A stretch of DNA of 64,000 bases, taken from assembly GCF_001194135.2 (NCBI RefSeq), contig NC_068994.1, positions 35,442,520-35,506,519 on the forward strand. Reading direction: 5' to 3'. The DNA comes from Octopus bimaculoides. Its lineage: Eukaryota. Positions within the stretch are counted from its first letter, which is position 1. The number at the start of each line of letters is the position of its first letter. Position numbers and translations under genes: made by a program. This document shows positions 38,157 to 52,421 of this stretch, one piece after another. Under the pieces are notes generated by a model. The model had not been told where the DNA came from. It saw nothing but the letters and a program-made list of their open reading frames with translations, and did no database searches.

Positions 38157-39496
38157 TTTTCTCTTTTCAAATTACTGTTAGGTAAGCTGATACAGAAACT
38201 CTGAAAAAAAATTAAAAATAAAAGATTACAAACTGAATAAAAACTGTCACAATTTTTAGAATGACTACAACAACAACAAAAATATTCCATTTCAAATTCA
38301 GATTTCTTATCCCACTAAATATGAAGAAATGATTACTTCTCTTATAATAGATGTAACCATTAGGGAAATCACAAGTGTCTACCAAAAATATTTCTTAAAA
38401 ATAAGAGGACCAGTGTACTTTGAATAAAGGCTTTTGCAATATTAATATTTTGCACTGAGTTACTGAGACACCCTTATTACTCATACCACATAATAAATAC
38501 AATGAATCATTGACTAGTTCATTTGATATATGTGACCAAGAGTGCTAGTTCACTGATTGCTATATAAAATATTAATAAGAATATAGTCTTCTGCTGGGTT
38601 ACCTCTTAACTAACTATAGCTTACAATGGAAAATAGGTTAAAGTTACAGTTACAATTTGGTTCGAAAGTGTTATTGATGGTTAGTCTCAGGTCAACCATG
38701 ACAGCAGCCAGTGCAGTTATAAAAGGCCATTCTAAACATGACAATACTCAATTTCACCTGAACTAAGGTACCTTGGATAACATTATCCAATGTTTCCTAG
38801 TATAAGATGGTAGAGGAGGTGTAGTTTGAGGGAAATTCAGCAAATGATTTCTAGCAAATTGCATGACCACCAAGGCAACTCCTCACTGGCTTTAATGTGA
38901 CTCCCTCATAGACTGGAGAGGTCCAGCTGGTGGGTATTGATGTGTACTGCACCAATCTACTTGTTTTATCTCCATGACTATGGGGAACTACTTCCAATAA
39001 AATTTTGTGTCTGGTTCCACTAATTATAATCTTTTTCTTTCTATTTTGTATGTAATGTTGTGAAAGAAACAAAGAATGGATGAAAAAGACTCTATTTAAA
39101 AGCTAAAATTATATTTAGCTTCGCACACACACACAAACGCACACAGACATACACAAATAATGAACAAACGTAAATAAGTAAAGAAAGAAAAATAAGAAAG
39201 AAAAGTAGAAGAGAAATAAACAAAGAAGAAAAATAAGTGAAAAAAGAATGAGAGAGAGAGAGTGAGAGAAGGAAGGATTGCTTCTTGAAAAGTAGAGAAT
39301 AACTGCTTCTTGTTATAAGGCAAGAAGAGTTTTGGAAATGTTGTTGCTGATACAGTTTCTTTAATGATAGTGTCACAGACTGAGAATCACAAACAGCAAA
39401 AAGAACAAAAAAAGCCCAAAACTTTGAACAAAGAGCAAATTGGCTTTGGTCACGTAACAGTTTTATAGAGATACACACACAAACATACACACACAG

Positions 39497-39529
<33 letters not shown>

Positions 39530-39790
39530 CACACACACATCTATATATGTGTATGTCTGTTTATCTATATATCTATCTACTTTTCTCTCTCTTTCTTTCT
39601 TTCTATCTATCTATCTTTCTGTCTGTCTATCTATCTATGCACACACACACACACACACACATATACATATACATGCTCAGAAAGAGAAAAATAGAGAGAT
39701 AACATGAATTGCTCTAATATTGGAAAAGAATACTTTGTGGTATTTCTTCTGGCTCTTTACATCCTGGGTTCAAATCCCATCAAGGTCAAC

Positions 39791-40270
39791 TTTTGCCTTT
39801 CATCCTTTCAGGGTTGATAAAATAAAGTATCACTCAAGTACTGAGATAGATTTAATATTTAGATAAAGCATTCTAACTGTGAGTAGAATTGTAACTGAAG
39901 ATTAAGACTTTGCCTTTCATCTTCCTGGATTTGATGAAATTAAGTAGCAGTCAAGTACTGGGACAAATTTATAATTCCTTTAAAGCATCTGATATATTAA
40001 CAGAATTATAACAGAAGACTAGAACTAACTTCCACTTTCACCTTCCTGGTGTTCATAAAATGAAATACCAGTCAAATACAGGGTTAGCTTTAATATTTCT
40101 TCGAAGAATCTTAGAAGTGAAAAGAATTATTATAGAAGACTAAAACTAACTTTGTCTTTCACTCTCTCAGCGTTCATAAAATAAAGTACCAATCAAATAC
40201 AAGGGTAGATTTAATATTTCTTTAAAGCATCCTAGATGTGAATAGAATTATTATAGAAAGCTAAGGTTAA
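39791..40270 (+). repeat. Tandem array of four 117-121-bp units containing the SINE-B core
   Basis: Units start at about 39792, 39909, 40030 and 40151; each is tttgcctttcatc...ataaaataaagtacc...agaattattatagaag. Confidence 0.85.
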
Positions 40271-40720
40271 TATTGACTTACATTTTTCCAGAGCTGATAA
40301 ATTATACTACTAGTTAAGTACTGAGATTGATTGGTGGTCTGCTGGTGCAAATCAGTCAACATTGTTGTCTGTATTTTAGGTAAAGCTATAGCTTTATAAG
40401 ATCTGTTCAGAGTTACCTCTCTTAGGTATTTCTGATTGATAAAAGCCAAGGATCTAGTAACATTGATGTCTAGGAATCATGATAGATAGCGACACTGAAC
40501 AGATATGGTGATTTTACACCTTTTTACCATTTGAGAAAATTTTCTCTAGGGTAACTGCAGTGAATTTGCTTTTTAGCAGTTGAAATATGTCAGAAACATA
40601 TTTTAACTAACCTAAACTTTGCATATATTCCTATAAAACATTTTAGATGTAAACAGGATTATCTGGAAAATTGTACTCTTCACTGCCTTAATCCATCTTG
40701 CTGCTTGTCACCCAATAATA
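40270..40720 (-). mobile_element. Degenerate CR1/L2-like LINE RT C-terminal fragment
   Basis: RSLAFINQKY...YKAIALPKIQ resembles the LYKSLVRPKLEY region; heavily decayed. Confidence 0.3.
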
Positions 40721-42042
40721 TTACATACATCTTAAATTCCACCAAGGTCGACTTTGCCTTTTATACATTCTATGTTGATAAAATAAGTACTAGTTGAGCA
40801 CTGGGGTTGATTTAACTTATCCCCTCCTGGAAAGAGGTGGCCTTGTGCCAAAACTTGGAATCAATATTACATGTCAGATCATGAATTTCAAACAATAGAC
40901 TATACATTTGTAATTTCATGGCCTCAAGTTCAGACCCATTGTGTGGCATTTTGTGCAAGCATCTTCTATTATAACACCAAACCGATAGATACTTTGTGGG
41001 TGAAATTGGTTGATGGAAGCTGCACAGAAGCCTGTTTCATATGCATATATATATATGTATGTATTTGCATGTGTGTGTGTGTATATATATATATGTGTGT
41101 GTGTGTATGTAGGCATGTATGTATACATTTGTGTGTGTGTGAGTGCGTATGCTTTATGTTTGTCTCACATACCTTGACTATTGATGTTTGTTTGTTTACA
41201 ACCCTGTAACTTGGAATTTCAGCAAATTTAACTAAAGAGTAAGTACCAGACTTAAAATAAGTGCACATTGATTTGATTGACTAAACCATTCAGAATTGTG
41301 CACCAGCATGGCTATAGTCCAGTAACAGAAACAAATAAAGGAACAAAAGAATCCATCACATTTCTAAGAGTCACCAGATCCTTATCATTAGTTCTTAGGT
41401 TTTGCTGTCACATGTTAGCTGTGTTCTTTGACATAAATCATGCAATGATGTGCAATTTTATACAGAGGATTAATCTCCATATTATCAACATAGGGAGGAG
41501 TTATTTAAGCTTCCATTCTTCTATTCGTTGTAAGTTTTAATCTTTAATTCATCTATCATTACTGGCTTATCCCCCACCAGCCGTGGTGATTTAGTTGGCA
41601 AAGATTTAAAGAAAGAAAATATTTCATTACTTCTGAATATACTTCGCAGCAGGATATAGGTCTATATGTACATATATATATATATATATGTATATGTATG
41701 TATGTATGCATGTATATGCATATGTATACACACACACTTATAGATAGACAGATAGATAAATATGTGTGTGTGTATATAATTGAATATTTATAATTGCATG
41801 CGTATAATTATATATATGTATGTACATCTATACACATATATATATGTGTGTGTGTATGCATGTATGTATATATGCATACATACACGTGTGCATATGTGTA
41901 CATATAGACACCTGCATAAACACAATATATATATATGAGTATATGCGTTTGTGTGTATGTGTGTATATATGCATATGTATATATGCAAGTGTGTGTGTGT
42001 ACATGTGTGTATGTGTGTGTGTGCGCAATTATATGTATATAT

Positions 42043-42117
<75 letters not shown>

Positions 42118-43447
42118 TATGTATATATAAACTCATATAGAAATATACATATATATGTACACATGCATGTAAGTATGTCTATAATCTTTATGAAGGATAG
42201 TGCCAGATTAATGTTGGGTGCATTCAGTGCTGTGGAAATATGTGTGTCTTCACATTATCTAAAATATTTTCATATGTTTCAACATATTTCTTATGTAGTA
42301 TTGGTTTCACATAGAGACAACATGCTCATGTGGATAAAACTCAAGACTCATTGTCATAGGAATTGAGAGTTCAAATATGCTACTGGTGTCATTGTTGTGT
42401 GTTTGTAGAATAAACTTTTTAACTCAATGTCCTTTTGTTTGCTTAACCGTCAACATTAGGGAGAAGGCATTCACATTTTTATGGGGAAAGCAAAGAAATA
42501 GCCTCTACTTAGTTGCTTGATACAAAACTCCTTTGTATCACAACCTTTTATCTTTACAAATGAAGAACACATTTAATAATGTAGTCCTAGATACTTTCTG
42601 TCAGCAAAAAGATAAAAAGAAAAAATGGTCTGATCTGAATGCATTTGACCGTAGGTCTTCTCTATCAGGGGTGAATGGGTTAAATCACTACAACAACCGC
42701 ATCTTTGAAGCCATGAAGGAGCTCTACATAGTTGCTCAACCAGTTAAATCTCTTTCAGTTTATATCCTTTCATTTTAAATAAAAGGACACATTAGATAAT
42801 GATAATGTTATTCTAGACAAATCCCTAAATTGACAGAGGGTGGTCATAACTGGAAATTGTTTGAGCAAAAGTTTGCTACATGAGGGTTGGCCTAAGGTTA
42901 AAGAAGAACAGCCAAACACCAGAAAGGGGAAAAGAGAGAGGGGGAGAGAGAAACAGGCAAACAAACAGGCAAACATATTGATTGTTGGGTGGGTGAAGAG
43001 GTGAATGTGGAGCAAGATTAGTAAATTGGTAAGTTGGTTCATGGGGTGCTGTATAGATAGATAAATAGATAGATTTTATTCTAATTAAATGTTGACCTTA
43101 ATGATTTAAAGGTTTCTCTGCCAATACTTTCAATTAAAGATTTTCTTTCAGATTTCTTAACAAGCTATTTTACATACTGTGAATACTTCTTTGTTTTTAT
43201 TCCAAAATAAAGTAAAAACTTAAATCAAAACTTTTAGTTTTTTTTTTTTTTTAAATAAAAGCAACCAAAATATACTTATTTTATGCTATATAAAATTAAA
43301 ATTGAAAACAAACATGTTAGCATGTCAAGCAAAATGCTAAGCATCATTCCTTCCTGCTTTTTACACTCTGAGATCAAATTCTGCCATGGTCAACTTTGCT
43401 GTTCGTCCCTTCATGGTTGGCAAAATAAGTACCAGATGAGGACAACA

Positions 43448-44058
43448 TTTTTGACAAAATTTCGTATTTTAAAAGTTATTTCGTGTTAAAGTTGTCGTAT
43501 TTGGGTAATTTTAACCAATCAACGACGTGTATTCAGTTGAAGAAAGTTATTGCTATTTGCAATAGTAATCAAAGAGCAACAACTTCCGGGTCATCTCTAC
43601 TAAATGTCACCATTCTGTTCTATTTTATTTTTGTTTACTGCCTGTGTTGCATATTACATGCCTTTTTTTCTTTGGTTCTAGTGTCGAAGTAACCAGTAAA
43701 CATTGAAGAATCAACACCAAGTAGGAAGAAATATTTACATATATTTATTCATTTGCCCAACATGTAGTTAGAGATACAGCAGTAATTGTAGTGGCAGTGA
43801 CAACAAGTTCGCTCACTGGTTGGTAGCGGATAGTGTAGAAGTGGCTGTCTGCCAGTAGAGAGGGAAAGAGTAAGGAGTGCATGGTGCTGACTACAAAGGA
43901 AGAAAAGTGGTATGACTCAGGAGTTGTTGCTTTTCGATTACTATCGTAAACAACAGTTGCCTTCTTCAACTGAATACACGTTGTTGATTGGTTAAAATTA
44001 CCCAAATGTGACAACTTTAACATGAAATAACTTCTAAAATACAAAATTTTGTTAAAAA
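43448..44058. mobile_element. 611-bp MITE with 147-bp terminal inverted repeats
   Basis: Arms 43448-43594 and 43912-44058; the ORF track shows the same peptide (LGNFNQSTTCIQLKK) on both strands. No clear TSD. Confidence 0.85.
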
Positions 44059-45509
44059 CATTGAAAGTAAACCATGCTCAGTGTGAGAAATTACACCAGT
44101 ATACGAAGTTTTAAACTATTTAGTTAAAAATAAGATAATTAAAAAATCTGTGAGCGAAAAATGAACATATCCCTTAGTACCAAGTCATACTAAGTTGTGA
44201 GTGATGGCTATGCATTTTTTTTCATTTCTCTTTTATTCTTTTATAAGATGGTTGAATATAAATGATTTGAGAGAGATTAGCTACTATGTCTAACAGATTA
44301 TGCAATCATGTATAAACTCCCTAGTGTTATATGATGGTATGCCATTTGATCAAGTAGAGGTCGATATTTTGTGCTTGGCGCCTCCTTTGGAAAGGAAACA
44401 ACCCTTTATTTGTATTACTTTATGTTAACATTAAAATTGTAAAAGAAAACAATAAGTTTTTAATTATAAAAAACTAAATAGATCAATAAATAAATAAATA
44501 AATAAATAAAGGTGTGGGGGGAGAACATTCCAGAAGTAAAGGAAACTGAGGAATTTGTTTAAATAATTTTGATGGAAGGATGGGTAACATGTAAGAAAGA
44601 ATATGGATTCTAATTATTTTTTTAGGGATTTTTCTTTTTTTTTTATGTGTTTATGCTTACTGAAGAACATTAAAGAATGGGAATAAACACAGAAGAGTTG
44701 GATCATGATATTCCATGAAATTAACTAGAAGTTAACATTGTGATTGACGCTTTCTTCAAAAATGAGAAAAAACAATATTTGTTTTGTTTTATGTTAGACA
44801 TGAATTTTAAATTAAACAAACAAATAAATAATAAATATAAAATAAAGGGTATATTGCTAAAGTTAAAAGAATTATCCTAAGAAATAATCTGGAGTAAAGG
44901 AAGAGGAGTTTATCAGTTTCGATAAATTTTAATATCGGGGTGGATAAGATGCAAGGGATAGATTTTAATATCTTTTATCTTTTACTTGCTTAAGTCACTG
45001 GACTGCAGCCATGGGCACTAGGGTTATACATATATGATGTAGTCATACTGTTGGTGGTAGTGTAGGTGTTGGTAGTAGAGGTGATGTTTAAACAAGGTTA
45101 CACACACAAGCACACACAAATAGACATACACTGCCTTGAGGGATTTAGTTGAACATATTGATCTCACTATATAACTTATAGCTTTTAGCATTCAAATTAC
45201 TCTGTCAAATGTAACAGTTATTTATTCACATTGTTTTGAATTAATCATGCATTATCTTGTAGCTAAGAGATTTCAATGATGTGATTGCTTATTTTCAGAA
45301 TGACCTTGTTAGGTAGGTGGGAGAAGTTGAATCTGGGTGGTTTGAACATAAAACAAGTAGAATATTTTGGATGGATATGGCCAGTTTGCATGCTAAAGGG
45401 TTAAAGTCAGCTACTTATTCTATTGGTTTCTTTATCAAACTGTTAAGCTTCAAGGACATAAATGAACCAACAATAGTTGTCATGCAGTGGACAGGGGCTA
45501 TACATATAT

Positions 45510-45554
<45 letters not shown>

Positions 45555-45558
45555 CATA

Positions 45559-45774
45559 CAAAGTCCTCCAAAAAAAGGTATATGTGCCTCGGGAAAGGAA
45601 AAAAATCTGTATAAATATTTAACATGTGTAAGTACCTCTATAAATATAAATATCTCCTTCAATGTTTTAGCAAATTGCTATAACACTGAATAGATTGCGA
45701 TAATACTGAATTAAAATATTTATACAGATTTTTCCTTTCCTGAAGTGTGTATACATATTTTTTGGCAGACTCTG
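45559..45774. mobile_element. Tc1/pogo-like MITE with about 65-bp TIRs
   Basis: caaagtcctccaaaaaaagg...ggaaaggaaaaaaatctgtataaatattt is mirrored by aaatatttatacagatttttcctttcc...ttttttggcagactctg; TA on the left flank. Confidence 0.7.
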
Positions 45775-46404
45775 TGTATATATGGGTTTCCTGACAGTTT
45801 CCATCTACAAAATTTACTCATAAGGCATTAGTAGGCTCAGAGCTATAGTAGAAGATACTGACCAAAGTGTTACACTGTAGGATTGAATGCCAAACCACAT
45901 GGCTGCTAAGTGAGCTTTCAGTTAGTTGAGATTGCTTAGTTTATCTTTGTTAATGTTTCACCATCTTAATATATTCTACTTTTTTTTCCTTTATAACAAC
46001 CAATCTGATATAGTCTCCAGTTCTTTGGTTCTTTGATGCAAAAATCACCTGTTTTATTGTACCTTCTATCACACTATTTTCCAGAACATTTAGTTAAATC
46101 ATATTTCAGACTTCAATTTATTGTACCAATTAATGAAAAATAAAGTTACATCTATGCATCATACTTAATGTATACACACTGTTTATAGATCAGTCACTGC
46201 AGTACTTATTCCGAGAAGAGATGTTGTCTCAGAATGAATACTGCAGTATTCATTGTGATACACAGAGTTCTATTTTAATCAAATGCTCCTTTAATTCTGA
46301 ATTCCAGAAAAAGTTAGATATTTTACAAAAGCTTTCCAAATTCTTAATTTTTCTCAAAACTAGCTGAAATGTATGCAGCACATTTCATTTAAAAATATAT
46401 CAAA

Positions 46405-46560
46405 GGCATGTGGCTTAGTGGTTAGGATGTTGCACTCACTATCACCAGATTGTGGTTTCAATTTGCAGCCCAGCTGTGCTATTGTGTTCTTGAGCAAAAC
46501 ACTTCATTTCATATCACTCCAGTCCATTCAGCCATAAATGGGTAACCATGTGATGGATTG
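46405..46560 (+). mobile_element. tRNA-derived SINE family D (ttgagcaaaacact core)
   Basis: tggcttagtggttagg A-box head and gtgttcttgagcaaaacacttc core. Related copies at about 7660-7860 (-), 10690-10960 (+) and 54370-54635 (-). Confidence 0.65.
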
Positions 46561-47044
46561 GCATACAAGAGTGAGATAGTGACTCAGGAAAATCTCAAAT
46601 GCAGGTCATATGAGCCATGTTTTGTATTCAGTAATTGAAAGTATGAAGAGTACAATCTGTACTATGAATCCTGACTGGTTAGGACTGGTTGTTCAACCAT
46701 GTCGAAGGATGGCTGAATGAAAGAGTGAATGAAAAAATATAGCCATGTAAGGGTTAAAGGCAATAAACTTGTCAAATATAAACTGAATATTTAAACCTTA
46801 CTACATCCCCCACCATCAAAAACAAGAAAACCCTGAAAATACAACAAAAATAATGTAAACAAACAAATAAAATCATTCATTAAATGATCAATAATTAAAC
46901 AGATTTTCCAGTCTACTGTTTCAAGCTGCTCTTTCGTTGTTGTTTTCAGTTACTATATTCCTCCTCTGTAACATACATCTAATTATCTATCTATTTCTAC
47001 TTACATGTACATCTATCTATCTATCTATCTAGCTAGCTAGCTAG

Positions 47045-47078
<34 letters not shown>

Positions 47079-48600
47079 GTGTGAGTGTATTTGCATGTGT
47101 GTGTGTGTGTGTGTGTCTGTATGTGTTGTGCATGTGTTTTTATTGCAGGAGTCAATGCCGCTTCCTTGTAATGCTTTGGTTATCTCCTGAAATCACTAAT
47201 ATATATATATATACTTACATACACACATGCATACAAGCATACATACACTCACAAACACACACATGTGCATATATTTATACACACTCAAATATACACACCT
47301 GCATGCGTGCGCACACACACACATACACATGTGCATGCATGTATGCACATGCACACACACACGCATATATATATATTGCTTATCTAAATGATCAATCTCT
47401 TGGTTTTTCAACCTACAAAACCATAATTTTAAACAGCTGGAGCATTTAAATAGATAAATAAATATACAGAAGCTTTACATTTGCTTTATGCATTATTTGT
47501 TGAATGCTGCCTTGAAAGTTGTCTTTGTTTTACTCCCATTAAATGTATCTATCATCATCACCACCACCACCATTACCATCACAGGGAGCAGGGGAGCAGG
47601 AGTGTAAAACTACTGCGTTGATCTCTTAGAGAGATTTTAAAACTAGCATTTTTCCTTATATATGTGTATATCATTTACACACGGTAGTGTATAAATAATA
47701 TTCTTAAGGTCAACATTTACTCACTTGTGACTACTTCTAGGCTTTGTCACTAACTTAGTTTTTAATCAAATTAGATGATGTTTACATTTTTAGATTGGTC
47801 ACTTTCTAAGCTACATTTTCAGCTACAAAATTTGAAAATTTTTTTGGTAGAAAAGAACTTTCAGTAAAACATGTGAGGTCAAAAATGGGAGAGTAATGCC
47901 TGACATCGACTTTGAGACCGTTTCTTTTTTTTTTTTAAGAAATCTATATTTTATTTTAGTTTATATGATAGACCTCAGCATGAGGAATTTATCCATGTTA
48001 CTTATATGCAAAAATATTCAGTAGAAAGAAAGTACTGAGATAAAAACCAGCAAAGAAGAAAGATTTACACCTGAAATTGACTTTGACTCCAAACATTATT
48101 CTTATTTCAAAAGAAAAGTATGTTTAAATCCAACTTTTCTGATAGATCTCCACTAAAGGAATCCGATGGTGCCAATTATATATAAAAAAAAAAAAATTAA
48201 AAAAAATTTTAATAAAAAGCTACTGGGGCCAAATGTGCAGAAAAAAGTGGTAACGCCTAAATGAAATTCAAAATTCAAAATTTTTTTTTACCTCATATAA
48301 TAGAACTAATCCAGTGTTGTGATGCTAAACTTTTCAAAAAATATCATTCATACATGCTTGCGTCTGAATGATGTTCTTAAAGTCAACATTTACACACTCA
48401 CGACAAATAATCAACAACCTTGCATGTCCTACAACACATATAGAGGCACTTGCATACACATATACATAAACACTTGCATACATATATACACACAAACACT
48501 CGCATAAACATATACATACACATACACACACACACAAAACATGCATCCACAAACTCTCTCTCTCACACACACACATAATATGATATGATATATGTATATA

Positions 48601-48827
48601 TTGGATTGTCCGGAAAGTTTGTGCCAATTTTTAAAGGAAAGAAAAAGGTCAATAAATACTTGCCATTACTTTTTAATCAACCAAATATGAACCATTTTGT
48701 TGCACAAGGCGTCTCCATCTTTCCTTTAACTTGAAAATACCCTCTTCCCAGAATTGAGGTGGTTTCATGGCAAATAAGTCAAAAGGTAAGCTACAATAAA
48801 TCGGCACGAACTTTCCGGACAACCCAA
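48601..48827 (-). mobile_element. Mariner deletion derivative (227 bp)
   Basis: TA flanks; TIR TTGGGTTGTCCGGAAAGTTCGTGCCGATTT; minus strand encodes MKPPQFWEEGIFKLKERWRRLVQQNGSYLVD* (mariner C-terminus). Confidence 0.9.
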
Positions 48828-48943
48828 TATATATATATATATATCATCATCATCATCGTTTAACGTCCGCTTTCCATGCTAGCATGGGTTGGACGATTTG
48901 ACTGAGGACTGGTGAAACCGGATGGCAACACCAGGCTCCAGTC

Positions 48944-48986
<43 letters not shown>

Positions 48987-50119
48987 GAATATTTATATGT
49001 ATGTGTTTATATATATCTATATATATGTATATATATGAATAATATAAATATATACACACATACAGATATATATATGCATATATATCAATACACACACACA
49101 CATTCATGCATGTGTTTGGCTTTCCTTGATATGAAGCTTTGTCTGTTCCTTGCTATTTTATGTGACATTTGAGGTTGTTAATGATTTGTATAATGGGAAA
49201 AAATGTAAACATTTGGAACTTTAATATTGTTGCAATTATTGTGGGACACTGACAAGGTGGAGTGCATGATTGCATAACATGTCTACAAGTGTTGTGTAAT
49301 TCTTTCACCATTTTGCTGAAATACATGTATGTTCTATAAAGCATTGATTATCATACTGGCTTTCAGTAGATTATATATATGTATATATATATATATATAT
49401 AATGAATAACCAGCATTAATATATCCAGGCAGGTGCTGTTCAAGAACTCTAGTATAATTGAAGTTGTGACTAACTGTATTGAATGGTAAGGAATATCCTA
49501 GCACCGTTTGAGGTAAACAATCTCAATGTCTTTTATCTGATGGGTAAATCCTGAGTTTGTTTCATTGGATTGTAAACAGTTTACTGTGTGTATATCCAAG
49601 AAAATTCAAATAAATAAGATGAATTATATATCTACATGGTTTTTATTATTGCAGTCACTTATACAGCATATTTAATTTAAACCTCTGTCTGACATGTTTC
49701 TGCTGCATGGATATCTCGCAATGTGGTTTTCATGTACATCCTCTTTGTTCATCTACATCTAGATTTCATTCGTGTTAAAACTGTGTCCATGTAGTTTTAT
49801 TCAAAGTGTTGCCATTAGCCATATCAGATTTCTTGCTACTTCCTCTTATTCTTTGCACTCAACACTAATCATCCTCTACAAAAATGTAAGACTCTCTAAA
49901 CCATTATACTCGAATTCACTTCAATCTTTCACTGTGACAATTTGAAACTAGTATTATGAAAATGTTCTGTAGCAATATAACAAGTGAAAATAACTAGGAG
50001 AAAATTGACTGAGAAGAGTTTATATAAGAGGAAGGGCTAATTATAAGGGAATCAGATATTAGTGCATGAATAATGTATTGGACATGTGGTAATGTGAATG
50101 ACGAATGTAGTGATGTGGT

Positions 50120-50215
50120 GTGGTACTGTAGAAGTGTGGTACTATAGAAATGTGGTACTATAGAAATGTGGTATTATAGAAATGTGGTACTATAGAAATG
50201 TGGTTTCTATAGAAA
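50120..50215 (+). repeat. Minisatellite, 6 x 16 bp (gtggtactatagaaat)
   Basis: Direct reading. Confidence 0.9.
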
Positions 50216-51489
50216 GGTGCAAAGTTGCAATGTTGCAGGGATGTTGTGATGCTTGTGATATGGTTGTGTAATGCTTTTATTTCTAATCTACTTTCTCACA
50301 ATATTCAATCAAGAAAGTAGAGCTGCTTAGGTACAAAATTCCAGTCTGCATTTTTAGGTTTATTCAATTATTGAAGGATGATGGGGTGTATGTGGTGGGG
50401 TGGGGGTGGAGGGGAAGAGAGTTGTTGAAGTGTAATAATAATAATGATAATATTAATACTGATGATGATGATGATTCAACAACAACAATGATGAAGACAA
50501 AAGCAACATCAACAGCAATGATGATTTTTTTCATTTTTATTGCAATGACTTTTTTTCTTTAATGACGATGATGATGATAACAATGAAGGTGGTGGTGGTG
50601 GTGGTAGTCGTCGTGGTTATGGTGATGATGATGATGAAGATGACGATGAAAAGAAAAACTAGGAGTATTTGTTGTTTAATATAGGATTTATGAACAAAAC
50701 AACTTAAAACAGTGAACAAAAATGTATGTGTGTATCCACGTATATGTGTAAGTGTGTGTGGGGGGAATTGCCAGGGAGTGTGGCAGTTGTGAGTTAATCA
50801 AGTTAATGTGTTTATAAATAAGTTTTAATTAGACAAAACCATTGTGCTTCAGCACAATGGTTTGGTTGGTAAATGCAAGGAAAGTCTTGGTCAGCATAGA
50901 GATTGTACCATATACAGAAAACATAATGGTTTATTGTTTTTCTCAGCATTTTTGTGTTTAACTTTCTATTTTTTATCTTATATTTCTTTCAATTATAAGA
51001 CTGTGGCCATGCTGGAGCACAACCTCGAAGAATTCTTTAGTCAAATGAATCAACTGCAGTACGTATTACTTCGTCTTTTAAGCTTGATATTTTTTCTGTT
51101 GGCCTGTTTTACCGAACCACTATGTTAAGGGTACATCAAAATACCAACACCAGTTGTCAAGCAGTGATGGGAGGGGACAAACACAGACATAAAGACACAC
51201 ACACATATATATTTGACAGGATTCTTTCAATTTTTATCTACCAAATTCACTCAGAAGGCTTTGGTTGGCCTGAAGACAGTAGAAAACGCCTGTCCAAGGT
51301 GCCATGCAGTGGAATTGAACCTGGAACCATGTGGTTGGGAAGCAAACTTCTTACCATACAACCACATTTATCTTATTTTTCTTAAAATCTTTTCTAAAAA
51401 TATATCAACTTGGTTTTCTTAATTTAGCATATAGTTCCTTTGGTTCCACAAAGCATTCACTATATTTCCCTACTTCCTCTATTCCATCT

Positions 51490-51910
51490 TGACCAGGGGC
51501 TCTGTAGTTGGTTGCTCGACATGCACCAATAGCAGTCAAATCTTTCTTTAATCATATGGAGCTTAATGTCTCCATAAAAGACACGTTGAATAATACAATC
51601 CTAACATATGTGAGAAAGATGGGATGGTCACGGTTGGAATGCTTTTTGTCATAGATCTGCAACAACTAAACAACAACTACTACTAAATAACTATAAGGCA
51701 GCATGGGATCCTTTATATAGTAAATGAACTGCTAAAAATAGCAGTCAAATTACCCTCTACTTTCTTAAAAATAAAAAGGGTGATACAAATTCCGTATTGT
51801 AGTCCTGGATACACTATTTGTCTAGAATGGTGGGGTGGTGATGATCGTAGCTGTAATGTCTTTCATCTTTGGTCTACTCGCTAAGAGATGACCTTGGGCT
51901 AAACAACAAC
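51490..51910. repeat. Two tandem copies of an unclassified about 190-bp dispersed repeat (aatagcagtcaaat...gctaaacaacaac)
   Basis: Related fragments at about 4990-5090, 25390-25560, 38700-38810, 42600-42700, 53480-53620 and 54100-54190. Confidence 0.55.
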
Positions 51911-52370
51911 AATAACAACAGCAACTGCTAGATAGCCAAAATATCTATAATCTTCGATATAAAGGAAGTTGATAATTGATGAATTCCAAAAGGCTCGGGA
52001 TGGTATCTTTTACACCATCTCACATACGCAATATTTTTCTTTTGTTCCTGTGTATGCATGTGCTTGTGTATTTGTGTGTGTGTGTGTGTGTGCACGTGCA
52101 TATGAGTGTTTGTATATTTTGTTTCTTGAGTTCATTTTGCTTTTTTTTTTTTTTGTGTTTTGTTTCTGCTTTGATTTTTACTATTTTTTCACACGAAAGT
52201 AGTTAATGATTTAATGGATTTTTTCCCCCCCCAACACCATATATGTTTGTGTGTGTGTGTCTGTATGCATGTATGTAAATATATATGCATACATGTACAC
52301 ACACATATACATATGTACATACACATTTATAGATGCATGTATATATATGTATGCGTGTAAGTATACATAT

Positions 52371-52421
<51 letters not shown>

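Noticed and set aside
39378-39467. TATAAAA (39467-39461) plus TCAGTC initiator (39383-39378) as the Pcdh core promoter
   Set aside because: Spacing is about 85 nt rather than about 30, and no convincing donor links it to the 38200 acceptor. Not excluded, but unsupported.
39791-40270. CRISPR-like array (also the 16-bp array at 50120-50215)
   Set aside because: Whole units are homologous with no unique spacers; eukaryotic context; no cas genes.
41788-42366. ORFs of YIYI/HTHT/CVCV/poly-I type here and throughout the window, and ORFs spanning N runs
   Set aside because: Translations of (TA)n, (CA)n and (TAA)n microsatellites or of assembly gaps.
47700-48290. Possible interior of a non-autonomous DNA transposon sharing tgcagaaaaaagtg with the 9.58-kb hairpin loop
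   Set aside because: No termini found, and a 14-nt A-rich match is too weak to link them.
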